This document shows positions 8,945 through 18,409 of a stretch of 64,000 nt of DNA, one piece after another. Numbering within the stretch: the first letter of the stretch is position 1; each line of letters begins with the position of its first letter. The translations under genes were made by a program, and so were the position numbers. The stretch is from the NCBI GenBank assembly GCA_016176525.1, contig JACOWZ010000003.1, forward strand, positions 385,000 through 448,999. The letters are read 5' to 3'. The stretch comes from Candidatus Colwellbacteria bacterium. Its GTDB lineage: Bacteria; Patescibacteriota; Minisyncoccia; UBA6257; Colwellbacteraceae. The notes under the pieces are model-generated. The model was not told the DNA's origin. It worked only from the letters and a program-made list of their open reading frames with translations, and searched no databases.

Positions 8945-9628
8945 TTGTTGGCGGAAGGGGATATTGATATACTAATATTAATGAGACAAAGTTGGATAAT
9001 TCTTATTCCACTCGCATTTGTAACGGGTTTTATGGCGTGCTATTTATGGAGTGGGTTTACTCCCGAATCGCTTGAGACGAACTTGGAAGCCACTATCGGA
9101 TTTATCGGTTGTTCGAACACCGCACAATCAGTTATGGGGTATAGTGCAGTAGGTGGGGATGAGTTTTGGGGAATATCCGACGATCGCAAGCACGACTTTG
9201 ACGGCGGTGCGGTTGCAGATTGGGTGGATATCGGCAATAAATTTTGGCACACATTCGATAATTATTATGCTGCTAATCCGAACACTGATACTATCTGGTG
9301 GCAGATGTGTGTGCGGAGCGATGAAGATCCGACGCTAGAAGATGCGCTTGAAATTGTTTCCGGCATTAAAGGCCGTATACCAGATGTAACAATATATGTA
9401 TCGTCATTGCCGTCGTATCAAGAGGGCATCTGCAGAATAACCGGCACAAGTGGTTTGGCGCGTGGGAAAGAATTAGCGAGCGAACTGGTTTTAAAGAGTG
9501 ATGTGAGGCGCGGCCCTGAATTGCGTTCGCACGAGCCCAGTGAGATACTAGATGATGGCTGTCATATGAATGATGAGGGTTTGCGTGCGGTTGGCGAACA
9601 GCTTAAACAATTTTTCGATTCAGTATGA
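8945..9628 (+). CDS. Hypothetical membrane protein
   Basis: TM segment near the N-terminus. 4-nt overlap with the downstream amidohydrolase gene suggests an operon. Confidence 0.4.
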   Translation: MLAEGDIDILILMRQSWIILIPLAFVTGFMACYLWSGFTPESLETNLEATIGFIGCSNTAQSVMGYSAVGGDEFWGISDDRKHDFDGGAVADWVDIGNKFWHTFDNYYAANPNTDTIWWQMCVRSDEDPTLEDALEIVSGIKGRIPDVTIYVSSLPSYQEGICRITGTSGLARGKELASELVLKSDVRRGPELRSHEPSEILDDGCHMNDEGLRAVGEQLKQFFDSV

Positions 9629-10761
9629 AAAGGATAGTTATAGTAGCAATTATTTTAGTGGTGGCTTTCGGCATATATAAATTTTATTCTGGAAGAGATT
9701 TAGGTGATGATGGGAGGCTTACACGAGCGATAGGCGAATATAATTGCCCAACGGTTTCCAATCTGCCCGATTTCGGCAAACTTTATGATGGTCCGCTTAT
9801 AGATACTCATATGCATATACCGCATCCGCCCGAAGGGCCGGAGTTTCTTGATTCGTTGCCATATTCCAGCCCGCACCCGCAACTAGGGCGGAGTATCACT
9901 GTGTCTGATTACATATGTAATTTCAAAACCACAGGAATTACCAAAGCTTTTATATTTTTCCCAGTTTTCCGTGGACTTGAAGATCTGCATCTTGCGGTAG
10001 CGGATGCGAGTGTTAAGAGATATCCAGAGTTTTTAGTGCCGTTTATTATGCCTCCAGAGAATGACAATGATCCGAGTGGATTTCCGACTGTAAGTGTTGA
10101 TGTTCTTGGAGAGATGCTCCAAGTGTATTCGGGGCTTTTTAGAGGCTATGGTGAAATAGGGCTCTATGCTCGCGGAGACAATAGAGGACCGACCGGAGCT
10201 CCCGAACTTCCGCCTGATTCAGAGAGGCTTCGCGAAATATACCCCATGATCCGAGAAAATAATCTTCTAGTTTACTTCCACTTAGGTCGCGGTCAGCAAG
10301 AATCTTATGAGCGTGTTTTGTCGGCAAACCCAGACATTAATTTTATATTTCATGGTGATCAGTTGATTCCATATGATCGCGGCGTGCAGAACCTTAATAT
10401 CATTGATGGAATACTTAGCCGTCATAAGAATGTCTATTACGGGATTGATGAGTTATATGGAGATGTTTGGCTTCTACATCCAGATAAAAGCAAAGATCAA
10501 TTCTTCAAACATTTTGAGAACTACGAAGAACTCTTGGAATATGATATCGCAACATGGAAAGGGTTTATAGAACGGCATCCCGACCAAGTGCTTTGGGGGA
10601 CCGACCGCGGGGTTGGCAATATCTGGAGCATGGATCGCGATGTAGGATTAACGCTTACACGTTATGCACGGGCATTTATTGCATTACTCGAACCATCTGT
10701 ACAAGATAGATTTGCTCATTTGAATGCCGAGGCGCTGTTGCTTAAATCATCGAATAAGTGA
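9625..10761 (+). CDS. Metal-dependent amidohydrolase-family (TIM-barrel) protein
   Basis: N-terminal TM; DTHMHIPHP metal-binding His motif. Confidence 0.55.
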   Translation: MKRIVIVAIILVVAFGIYKFYSGRDLGDDGRLTRAIGEYNCPTVSNLPDFGKLYDGPLIDTHMHIPHPPEGPEFLDSLPYSSPHPQLGRSITVSDYICNFKTTGITKAFIFFPVFRGLEDLHLAVADASVKRYPEFLVPFIMPPENDNDPSGFPTVSVDVLGEMLQVYSGLFRGYGEIGLYARGDNRGPTGAPELPPDSERLREIYPMIRENNLLVYFHLGRGQQESYERVLSANPDINFIFHGDQLIPYDRGVQNLNIIDGILSRHKNVYYGIDELYGDVWLLHPDKSKDQFFKHFENYEELLEYDIATWKGFIERHPDQVLWGTDRGVGNIWSMDRDVGLTLTRYARAFIALLEPSVQDRFAHLNAEALLLKSSNK

Positions 10762-10858
10762 GTTGAAAATAATACCAACTTTCTGTATTATAGATATGAA
10801 GTCTTCCCTTGTGGATGGCTTTTTGCTTTTCTAGATATATAATCCGCTAATTAAATAG

Positions 10859-12217
10859 ATGACTAAGGATAGCCTAAATGCTGTTGTTGGAAAGACCCCC
10901 TGGTGGCGCAGGGCCGTTTTTTATGAACTCTATGTAGATAAATTTGCTGGCAATTTTAGAGGGCTAGCCGATAAAATCTCATACTTTAAAACTTTGGGTG
11001 TAGACGCTTTGCATATTTTGCCGCACTATCCGTCTCCAATGGTAGATGATGGATATGATGTTTCAGACTACATGAATATTCGTAAAAACTTGGGCACGAT
11101 GGACGATTTTGCTTTGTTTGTAAGCCAGGCCAAAGATGCAGGAATTAAAATAATGGTTGAGTTGCCTTTTAATCACACCTCGGTGGAGCATCCGTGGTTT
11201 TTAAAAAGCAAGGAATCCAAAACTAACCCCTATCGCGATTATTATTTGTGGAGCAATACAGGCAAAGAACTTGCCGCGGCGGCTAACGCCTTCCCCGAAA
11301 TCAAGCCGAGTAATTGGGTATTTGATAAAGAAGCCGGCGCGTATTTTTTCTCAACTTTTTATCCGACGCAACCGGATCTTAATTGGGGCAATCCAGAGGT
11401 TTTGAAGGAAATACTAAAAGTAATTGATTTTTGGGTGGCAGCGGGTGTTAATGCTTTTCGGCTTGATGCGGTGTCATACTTGGCGAAGAGCGAGGGTAAG
11501 ATAAGAAATCTGCAAGAATCCCACGATATAATTAGAAAAATCAGGGATCATGTTGAGCGTAAATATGGGGATATTGCACTTTTGGGAGAAGTTCATGACA
11601 CATTGGATGTTACGCGAACATATTTTGGCGATGGTTTGGAATGCCAGCTGGTTTATAATTTTCCTCTTGCGGAAGCAATAGCGGTAAAACTTGTTTTGGG
11701 CGAGGATGAACGACTAAAAAAAATTATAAGCGATCTGTCGGCGCCAGCCGGCTCCGCTTGGGTTTCTTTTATAAGAAATCATGACGAATTGTCTTTGTCT
11801 ACACTAGATATTGAAACGCGCGAGCGGCTTTCGAATGCAATAGACCCAAAAAGGCGGTTAAGGTTCCACGGCGGTGTTTCCGCCCGACTCGCGGATATGT
11901 GTTTAAAGTCAAAACTCGGCTTCGAGGAGGCGGTGCGCACGGCATTCGGCTTATTACTTAGCCTGCCGACAGCAGCAGTAATATATTATGGCGATGAAAT
12001 AAATATGAAAAATGCCGATGGCGATGCTTATAAAGACACACGCCGTTTTGTTCGTGCAGAATTTGACTGGGAGGAAGCCGAAAAGCAAATAAAAAATCCC
12101 GCTTCTTTATTTTCGTTTATCCGCGGTAAAATCACTGAGCGTAGGATTCGCGGTAGAGAAGTTCTTGATTCTCGAATATTTGGGGATAATACCCAGATAT
12201 CATTGCGCGGCGTTTAA
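10859..12217 (+). CDS. Glycoside hydrolase family 13 (alpha-amylase family) catalytic-domain protein
   Basis: GH13 regions: ELPFNHTS, GVNAFRLDAVSYL, GEVHD, FIRNHDELSL. Confidence 0.8.
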   Translation: MTKDSLNAVVGKTPWWRRAVFYELYVDKFAGNFRGLADKISYFKTLGVDALHILPHYPSPMVDDGYDVSDYMNIRKNLGTMDDFALFVSQAKDAGIKIMVELPFNHTSVEHPWFLKSKESKTNPYRDYYLWSNTGKELAAAANAFPEIKPSNWVFDKEAGAYFFSTFYPTQPDLNWGNPEVLKEILKVIDFWVAAGVNAFRLDAVSYLAKSEGKIRNLQESHDIIRKIRDHVERKYGDIALLGEVHDTLDVTRTYFGDGLECQLVYNFPLAEAIAVKLVLGEDERLKKIISDLSAPAGSAWVSFIRNHDELSLSTLDIETRERLSNAIDPKRRLRFHGGVSARLADMCLKSKLGFEEAVRTAFGLLLSLPTAAVIYYGDEINMKNADGDAYKDTRRFVRAEFDWEEAEKQIKNPASLFSFIRGKITERRIRGREVLDSRIFGDNTQISLRGV

Positions 12218-12290
12218 AAAGCAGCGGTGCTAAAATTCTTCATATTGTCGTGGGTATTTTTATTGATGGTATAATAAAATAGCAATAAAG

Positions 12291-12548
12291 ATGCAGAAAA
12301 TTTTTGAAGATACTAAAAGAGTTAGAGTGGAAGTCCGTGAGCGGGCAGTGGGCTATATTACCGCGGCTTTTGCATTTGTCGCGGGCCTTGCGTGGAACGA
12401 GGCGATAAAAGCGTTTATTGAGTTTTTGTTTCCGCTTAGCAAAGACACAATTCTGGCAAAGTTTGTCTATGCGATATTACTAACAATTATTCTAACTATT
12501 ATTGCTGTTTATTTAGTAAAATTCTCTAAATCACAGAAAAATCAATAA
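12291..12548 (+). CDS. Small membrane protein, hypothetical
   Basis: 85 aa, two hydrophobic helices. Confidence 0.4.
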   Translation: MQKIFEDTKRVRVEVRERAVGYITAAFAFVAGLAWNEAIKAFIEFLFPLSKDTILAKFVYAILLTIILTIIAVYLVKFSKSQKNQ

Positions 12549-12617
12549 TAAAAAATCCTGCCAAGTATTTTACTTGTACGGGAGTTCCAGCCGCTGACAC
12601 GATTTTCTCTAGCGTTT

Positions 12618-13106
12618 TTGTATAATATATGTATGAAAAAGATTATTATTTTGATTTTGGTAGCAATCGGGGCTGGCCTTGCTTGGTGGCTTGGTTCACC
12701 ACTTTTTATAGATAAAGAGGTTAACGAAACAATTGAAGATATACAGAAAATGGCCCCGCCGATGGCTGCCGGCATGGAGTCTATATCGGTTACAGAAAGA
12801 ATTGGAACTTTTGTCGGTGCGGACGATTTTCATAAAGGTGAAGGAACAGTAAGTTTAATTAAATTGGGAGATAAATATTTCGTGCGGTTTGAAGATGATT
12901 TTAAAGTTACAAATGGCCCGGATTTATTTGTTTACTTCGGGCGCGATGGGGAATACATTAAAGATACTAATCTCGGAGTGCTAAAAGGAAATATAGGCAG
13001 CCAGAATTACGAGGTATCCGCAGAAATCAATCCAAATGATTACAACGAGGTTTGGGTATGGTGTCGGGCGTTCTCGGTGCCTTTTGCTAAAGCAGTTCTA
13101 AACTAG
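12618..13106 (+). CDS. Secreted DM13-domain protein
   Basis: Signal/TM; GTFVGADDFHKGEGTVSLIKLGDKYFVRFEDDFKVTNGPDLFVYFG matches the DM13 domain pattern. Confidence 0.55.
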   Translation: MYNICMKKIIILILVAIGAGLAWWLGSPLFIDKEVNETIEDIQKMAPPMAAGMESISVTERIGTFVGADDFHKGEGTVSLIKLGDKYFVRFEDDFKVTNGPDLFVYFGRDGEYIKDTNLGVLKGNIGSQNYEVSAEINPNDYNEVWVWCRAFSVPFAKAVLN

Positions 13107-13129
13107 GTGTTTTGTTACAATTTATGTAA

Positions 13130-13360
13130 ATGGCGCATAAAATACCCGCAGATTTATGGAAAGTTATTGTTTCTGACCCCGCAGCTCTTGTGGCGTGGAA
13201 AGATATTACGCCGCTTGCGCGCAATGAGTGGATTTGTTGGACAGTTTCGGTCAAAAAACCCGAGACGAGAAAGGAGCACGTCAAAAGAGTGGTATCGGAG
13301 TTGAAAGAAGGAAAACGCCGGCCATGCTGCTGGGCTGGTTGCTTACATCGTGAGGCTTAA
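13130..13360 (+). CDS. YdeI/OmpD-associated-like small protein
   Basis: 76 aa; Trp-rich motif similar to the YdeI C-terminal domain (weak). Confidence 0.4.
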   Translation: MAHKIPADLWKVIVSDPAALVAWKDITPLARNEWICWTVSVKKPETRKEHVKRVVSELKEGKRRPCCWAGCLHREA

Positions 13361-13893
13361 TTTTTCTTAAGCCAAGAAGATAATATTTTTTCTACTTCTA
13401 CAATAATTTTGCTAAGTGCGGTGTCTAAGATAGAGGGCTTAAATTCTGTGCGGCGAGTAAAAAGGTATGTTGCTATTATTGCCGGGAATATTGCAAGCAC
13501 TGGGTTTACAATTGCGCCTACAAAGACTATCGCGCCATAGCCCCATATAGAATATCGTTCTTTTTCTATAAGCCCGTAGGCGGAGACTATTGCAATTAGC
13601 CCAACTAACAGCCTTAACATATAGAGGGTTAAATTAGTTTTGCCTGGGTTTACAACGTCTATAAAACTACTGCCAACAATGCTTAAACCACCAATAAGGG
13701 TTGCAAGGGCGATTAATTTAAGTGCGTTTGGAGCGGTGCCCAAAGGCAATTTAATATTTAGCTCTTTTGCGGCTTCTGCAACGGCTTTTTGGGCTTTTTG
13801 TTCTACTTTCTTTACTTCTTTTGCCGAATCGGGATTTTTTGTAGATTCCATTGAAGTAATTTTACTATATGGGTGTTTTGGTGCAAAATACAT
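13357..13893 (-). CDS. Hypothetical membrane protein
   Basis: Three or four predicted TM helices; Lys-rich N-terminus. Confidence 0.45.
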   Translation of the reverse strand: MYFAPKHPYSKITSMESTKNPDSAKEVKKVEQKAQKAVAEAAKELNIKLPLGTAPNALKLIALATLIGGLSIVGSSFIDVVNPGKTNLTLYMLRLLVGLIAIVSAYGLIEKERYSIWGYGAIVFVGAIVNPVLAIFPAIIATYLFTRRTEFKPSILDTALSKIIVEVEKILSSWLKKN

Positions 13894-14787
13894 CAGACTA
13901 TGCGAGAGATAAAAAAAGTTGAATTATCGGCAGTTAGTTTAGGCATTGCTTTGGCTGTGGTTGTCGCAGCTGGCGGCTATGGGGTGTATAAGTTTTTTGC
14001 ATACGCGGATTCAACCCAAGAACAGTTAGATTCTTTAAATAGCAAAGTTAGCTCGTTAGATAGCCTTTTTAGCCAGCTTGCCCAGAACAATAATTTTTTG
14101 CAAGAAGCGTTGCAGAATGAGCAGCAAAGAAGAGCCGTTTTGGAGGCGACATTAGAAGATGTTTCCGGTGACTTAGGCGCTATTAAAAAACTGCAGGAAA
14201 TTGACCCCGAGATTCTAAAAAAATATTCAAAAGTATTTTTTTTAAGCGACAATTATGTGCCGTCGGACTTAGCGAATATTCCAGAGAGATATTTATTTGA
14301 GGAAAAGAACCCTGAAGAAATACATACAAAAGTTTTGCCGTTTATTTCGGATATGATACGAGCAGCGGATAGAAACGGCATAGATCTTAAAATTATTTCT
14401 GCCTACAGGTCTTTTGGAGAGCAAGTTGGTTTAAAGAGTACATATCGGGTGCTCTACGGCGCCGGCACAGCCAACAGTTTTTCTGCAGAGCAGGGCTATT
14501 CTGAACACCAGCTTGGCACAACCGTTGACTTTACCGTAGAAGAAGTTGGCGGCAATTTAGACGGTTTTGAAAAATCAGATGCCTACGAATGGCTTACGCG
14601 CAATGCCCATAATTATGGCTTTGTTTTGTCTTACCCGCCGGACAACAATTATTATGTGTTTGAGCCGTGGCACTGGCGGTTTGTAGGCAAAGAACTTGCT
14701 CGCGATTTAGATAACGATGATTTGTACTTATACGATATGCCGCAAAGGGATATAGACGAGTACCTTATAACTGTTTTTGACAGATAA
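13873..14787 (+). CDS. D-alanyl-D-alanine carboxypeptidase, peptidase M15B (VanY-like), with N-terminal TM and coiled coil; the start may be Met at 13900
   Basis: SAYRSFGEQ and SEHQLGTTVDF zinc-ligand motifs of the M15 family. Confidence 0.8.
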   Translation: MFWCKIHQTMREIKKVELSAVSLGIALAVVVAAGGYGVYKFFAYADSTQEQLDSLNSKVSSLDSLFSQLAQNNNFLQEALQNEQQRRAVLEATLEDVSGDLGAIKKLQEIDPEILKKYSKVFFLSDNYVPSDLANIPERYLFEEKNPEEIHTKVLPFISDMIRAADRNGIDLKIISAYRSFGEQVGLKSTYRVLYGAGTANSFSAEQGYSEHQLGTTVDFTVEEVGGNLDGFEKSDAYEWLTRNAHNYGFVLSYPPDNNYYVFEPWHWRFVGKELARDLDNDDLYLYDMPQRDIDEYLITVFDR

Positions 14788-14810
14788 ATAGTCGTGATAT
14801 AATTAAAAAA

Positions 14811-15719
14811 ATGAAAAACAAAAAATACGTTTGGTGGGTTATAGCTCTTTTGGTCCTAGTTGGCGGGTATTTTTGGATAACTAATCTGCCAGGGAGCCCG
14901 GTTACAGAAGAAACCGGTGAAGAAACGCAAGTTCCATCTAATGAGATAACTCCTGGCGGGGAAGAAGTAGAACAGAGTCCCGTGAGTGTTTTAGGCACAT
15001 CTGCGGGCGGCAATGATATTTTGGCGTATAACTATGGTGCGGGGGACAAAAATTTGCTCTTTATAGGTGGCATACATGGCGGGTACAGCTGGAACACGGC
15101 ACTCGTTGCCTATGAGCTTATAGATTATTTAGAGGCTAACCCAGGTGTTCTGCCTGCAAACGTTAAAGTAACTGTTATACCTGTTTTGAATCCAGATGGG
15201 TTAGAAAAAGTTTTTGGCACAACCGGCCGGTTTAGCGATAGCCAGGCGCCCGCTAACCAAGCAGCGACGGTTCCGGGCAGATTTAACGCAAACAATGTGG
15301 ATCTTAACCGCAACTTTGATTGTGACTGGCAGGCTAAAGCTATGTGGCAAACTACTCCAGTTAGCGGCGGCACAAGCGCATTTTCTGAGCCGGAGGCCCG
15401 TGCGTTAAAGAATTATATTGATGCAAATAATCCCTCTGCGGTTGTGGCGTGGTACAGTGCAGTTGGTGGAGTGTTTTCTTCTAATTGCCACAACGGAATA
15501 CTTGCAGAAACCAAAGAAATTACAAATGTGTATGCCGATGCATCAGGTTACAGAGCATACGAACAGTGGAGTTTTTATGAAACAACGGGTGATGCCGTAA
15601 ACTGGATGGCAAAAGAAGGAATTCCCGCAATAAGCGTACTCTTGACTACCCACAAAGATATTGAGTGGGATAAAAATAGAGCTGGCGTACTTGCTTTGTT
15701 CGAACATTTCGCAGAATAA
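14811..15719 (+). CDS. Zinc carboxypeptidase, peptidase M14 family (murein peptide/gamma-D-Glu-DAP peptidase-like), paralog 1
   Basis: GIHGGYSWNT, DLNRNFDC M14 signature; N-terminal TM. Confidence 0.8.
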   Translation: MKNKKYVWWVIALLVLVGGYFWITNLPGSPVTEETGEETQVPSNEITPGGEEVEQSPVSVLGTSAGGNDILAYNYGAGDKNLLFIGGIHGGYSWNTALVAYELIDYLEANPGVLPANVKVTVIPVLNPDGLEKVFGTTGRFSDSQAPANQAATVPGRFNANNVDLNRNFDCDWQAKAMWQTTPVSGGTSAFSEPEARALKNYIDANNPSAVVAWYSAVGGVFSSNCHNGILAETKEITNVYADASGYRAYEQWSFYETTGDAVNWMAKEGIPAISVLLTTHKDIEWDKNRAGVLALFEHFAE

Positions 15720-16574
15720 ATGCGCATCCATTTTTGGATTTTAGCGCTTATTGCCTTCGTAGTAGGTGCAATTGCGGTTTTTTCGTTGACCTGGTTTTTG
15801 CGCTCGGAGCCTACTAGAGAAGAAGTTATAACAGAACCTCTGCGCAAAGTGATTGGAGCATCCGTTGAGGGCAGAGATATTGAAAGTTATACGTATGGCG
15901 GAGGGGATACACATCTTGTTTTTGTTGGGGGTGTGCACGGAGGCTATGAATGGAACAGTGTAGTGCTTGCGTATGAGTTTATAGATTATTTTGATGAGAA
16001 TACTGGTATTATTCCGGATGGAATAAAAGTTACGGTTATCCCAAACGTAAACCCAGACGGGGTGTATAAAGTTATTGGCAAGGAGGGGCGGTTTGTAGCC
16101 GCGGATGCCCCGAGTGTAGAAAAAACCGTGCCCGGCAGATTTAATGCAAGAGGTGTTGATTTAAATCGAAACTTTGACTGCAAATGGAAACCGCAAAGTA
16201 TGTGGCGCGGCAATGTAGTTAGTGCGGGCACCGCGCCCTTTTCGGAGCCCGAAGCTAGGGCAATTAGAGACTTTACCTTAACAAATAGCCCTACTGCGGT
16301 TGTGTTCTGGCACAGTCAGGCAAATACAGTCTATGCTTCCGAGTGCGAAGACGGCATAATGCCGGCAACTATAGATATTATGGATGCTTATGCCAAGGCC
16401 GCAGGCTATAACGCGGTTGATTCCTTTGATGCCTACGAGGTTACTGGTGATGCAGAGGGATGGCTTGCCTCAATAGGCATACCTGCTATTACCGTAGAGC
16501 TAGAAACGCACGAAACAATTGAGTGGGATAGGAACCTTGCGGGGGTGCTTGCTATATTTGAATATTACAGGTAG
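15720..16574 (+). CDS. Zinc carboxypeptidase, peptidase M14 family, paralog 2 (tandem duplicate)
   Basis: GVHGGYEWNS, DLNRNFDC; collinear similarity to the upstream paralog. Confidence 0.8.
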   Translation: MRIHFWILALIAFVVGAIAVFSLTWFLRSEPTREEVITEPLRKVIGASVEGRDIESYTYGGGDTHLVFVGGVHGGYEWNSVVLAYEFIDYFDENTGIIPDGIKVTVIPNVNPDGVYKVIGKEGRFVAADAPSVEKTVPGRFNARGVDLNRNFDCKWKPQSMWRGNVVSAGTAPFSEPEARAIRDFTLTNSPTAVVFWHSQANTVYASECEDGIMPATIDIMDAYAKAAGYNAVDSFDAYEVTGDAEGWLASIGIPAITVELETHETIEWDRNLAGVLAIFEYYR

Positions 16575-16620
16575 CCTATATGCTATAATAAAAGGGTCGA
16601 TAAAAAACCAATAAAAAATA

Positions 16621-16869
16621 ATGGCAAACGCAGCATTTATGAAGCCGATGCAGCTTTCCGCAGATTTGGAGGCTGTGGTAGGCAAAGGGCCAATGCCTAG
16701 GTCTGAAGTCGTAAAGAAGCTTTGGGAATACATCAAAGCAAACGACTTGCAAGACAAACAGAACAAACGCAACATTAATGCCGACGCAAAGCTTAAGAAA
16801 GTTTTCGGCGGCAAAGAGCAAGTGTCAATGTTTGAGATGACCAAGCTCGTTTCTGGCCACCTTTCGTAA
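16621..16869 (+). CDS. Stand-alone SWIB/MDM2-domain protein
   Basis: 82 aa; VVKKLWEYIKANDLQD...KKVFGGKEQVSMFEMTKLVSGHL is typical of the SWIB domain. Confidence 0.7.
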   Translation: MANAAFMKPMQLSADLEAVVGKGPMPRSEVVKKLWEYIKANDLQDKQNKRNINADAKLKKVFGGKEQVSMFEMTKLVSGHLS

Positions 16870-16885
16870 CAAAAAAGAGCGCGGT

Positions 16886-17335
16886 TCAGTCGCGCTCGTC
16901 CGAAAATCCGCTGTGATCTGTAAAGATCGGCGGATTTTCTATTTGTGGGCTCCAATGTACTTTGGGTATTTCGGATTTTATCGGGAATCCTACAACGGTT
17001 TCTTCGGGTGGCTTTATACCGCCGCCACCGTCATCTCCACCGGATACGGTTTTGGGGTGTTCTCTTTTGTAGGCTGCTATCACCCGGTCTGCCTGTATTT
17101 TTGATCCCCAAGTTTCGTCTATCTTTCTCCAGTGTAGTGGAGTGACAAGAACGAACCCAAGGGATGCCAAGAGGAAAAGCGGGAATAGCGGACTGGGGTA
17201 GTAGACTGTCCCTAGCCCAGCGAACACTGTTGCAGCTGCGATAGTGTAGAGCTTGAACGCCCAAATTCCCAGTATTCCCAGCACTTGGGGTGCGTTGTAT
17301 CCTGCGAACATTTCTTTTCTCTCCTTCGCCCACAC
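16886..17335 (-). CDS. Hypothetical membrane protein with Gly-rich segment
   Basis: Multiple TM helices; GGDDGGGG stretch. Confidence 0.4.
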   Translation of the reverse strand: MWAKERKEMFAGYNAPQVLGILGIWAFKLYTIAAATVFAGLGTVYYPSPLFPLFLLASLGFVLVTPLHWRKIDETWGSKIQADRVIAAYKREHPKTVSGGDDGGGGIKPPEETVVGFPIKSEIPKVHWSPQIENPPIFTDHSGFSDERD

Positions 17336-17375
17336 TTTTAAAGGGCTTCTATACCCTTTATACCATAAAGGGGGG

Positions 17376-17795
17376 TTACTTGACTATTACAATTTTTATG
17401 GAGAAGTCGCCGTTTGCGATTGTACACTTACCCTCATTAACTGCTTCAAAGCGGGTGCCGCCTTCGGGCAAATCTGCGCTAGGAGTGTTTGATATTAATT
17501 TAACTGCGCCTTCCGGATTACATTTTATTTCGTAATCTGGGCCGTAATCCGTCGGTTCTAATAGAATAGTAAACCTAGACATTGTGTTATATTCAAAGGT
17601 TTTATTATTATCTTCGGCTTTTACTTGATATCGGTCGGTTATCGCTGGCGTTGGCAGCACATCGGTGCCGGCAAGAGCGATTAAGGTTATAAAGAAGAGA
17701 ACAGCTACGATTACAGATAGTGTTATTTTGTTAGTTTTTGTCATCACATTAAAAGACGCGGTAGAACATCTTTTATTACAGGAGTGTAATAGCAT
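17376..17795 (-). CDS. Hypothetical secreted/anchored protein; the start is probably the internal MTKTNK
   Basis: TM/signal segment then soluble domain. Confidence 0.4.
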   Translation of the reverse strand: MLLHSCNKRCSTASFNVMTKTNKITLSVIVAVLFFITLIALAGTDVLPTPAITDRYQVKAEDNNKTFEYNTMSRFTILLEPTDYGPDYEIKCNPEGAVKLISNTPSADLPEGGTRFEAVNEGKCTIANGDFSIKIVIVK

Positions 17796-17853
17796 ATCGC
17801 CGCAGACGTCTTATATATTACGGTGCGTGTTTTTTTAGCTTCTCTATTTTTAT

Positions 17854-18351
17854 ATGAATAAATCCATGAGAAGGGAGTATTTGAAATCATATGAAGAGTT
17901 CTCCGATGCTATTTTTAGATATTGTTATTTAAGAATTTCTGACAGAGATAGGGCGCAAGACCTTATGCAAGAGACTTTTCTAAACGCCTGGGGCTATATT
18001 AAAAACGGCAATAAAGTGCTTAATTTTAAAGCTTTTATCTATAGAACAGCCACCAATTTGATTGTTGATGAATATAGGCGCAGAAAGAAGAATATGTCTT
18101 TGGATAAGCTGCAGACTTTTGGGTTTGATAAGGCCTCTACCGACCACGAAGCTATGTTTAATGGCCAGATAGCGCGCGAGGTAATAGAGTTTATGGAAAA
18201 GCTTGATGATAAATACAAAGAAGTTCTGTTATTAAAATTTGTTGAAGATTTGTCTTACAAAGAAATTGCAGAAGTTTTGGGAATTACCGAGAAAAATGTG
18301 TCTGTGCGGATAAGCCGCGGTTCAAAGAAATTAAGAAAAATATTACGTTAA
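17854..18351 (+). CDS. RNA polymerase sigma-70 factor, ECF subfamily
   Basis: Region 2 (FLNAWGYI) and region 4 HTH (LSYKEIAEVLGITEKNVSVRISRGSKKL); no adjacent anti-sigma gene. Confidence 0.85.
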   Translation: MNKSMRREYLKSYEEFSDAIFRYCYLRISDRDRAQDLMQETFLNAWGYIKNGNKVLNFKAFIYRTATNLIVDEYRRRKKNMSLDKLQTFGFDKASTDHEAMFNGQIAREVIEFMEKLDDKYKEVLLLKFVEDLSYKEIAEVLGITEKNVSVRISRGSKKLRKILR

Positions 18352-18354
18352 AAA

Positions 18355-18380
18355 CCCAGCCCCGCCTTAGCGGAGCTGGG
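18355..18380. terminator. Hairpin terminator between convergent genes
   Basis: CCCAGCCCCGC / GCGGAGCTGGG stem with one mismatch; U-run on the minus-strand side. Confidence 0.5.
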
Positions 18381-18409
18381 TTGTCGGCCCATGGCGCCAT
18401 TTTTTTAAC

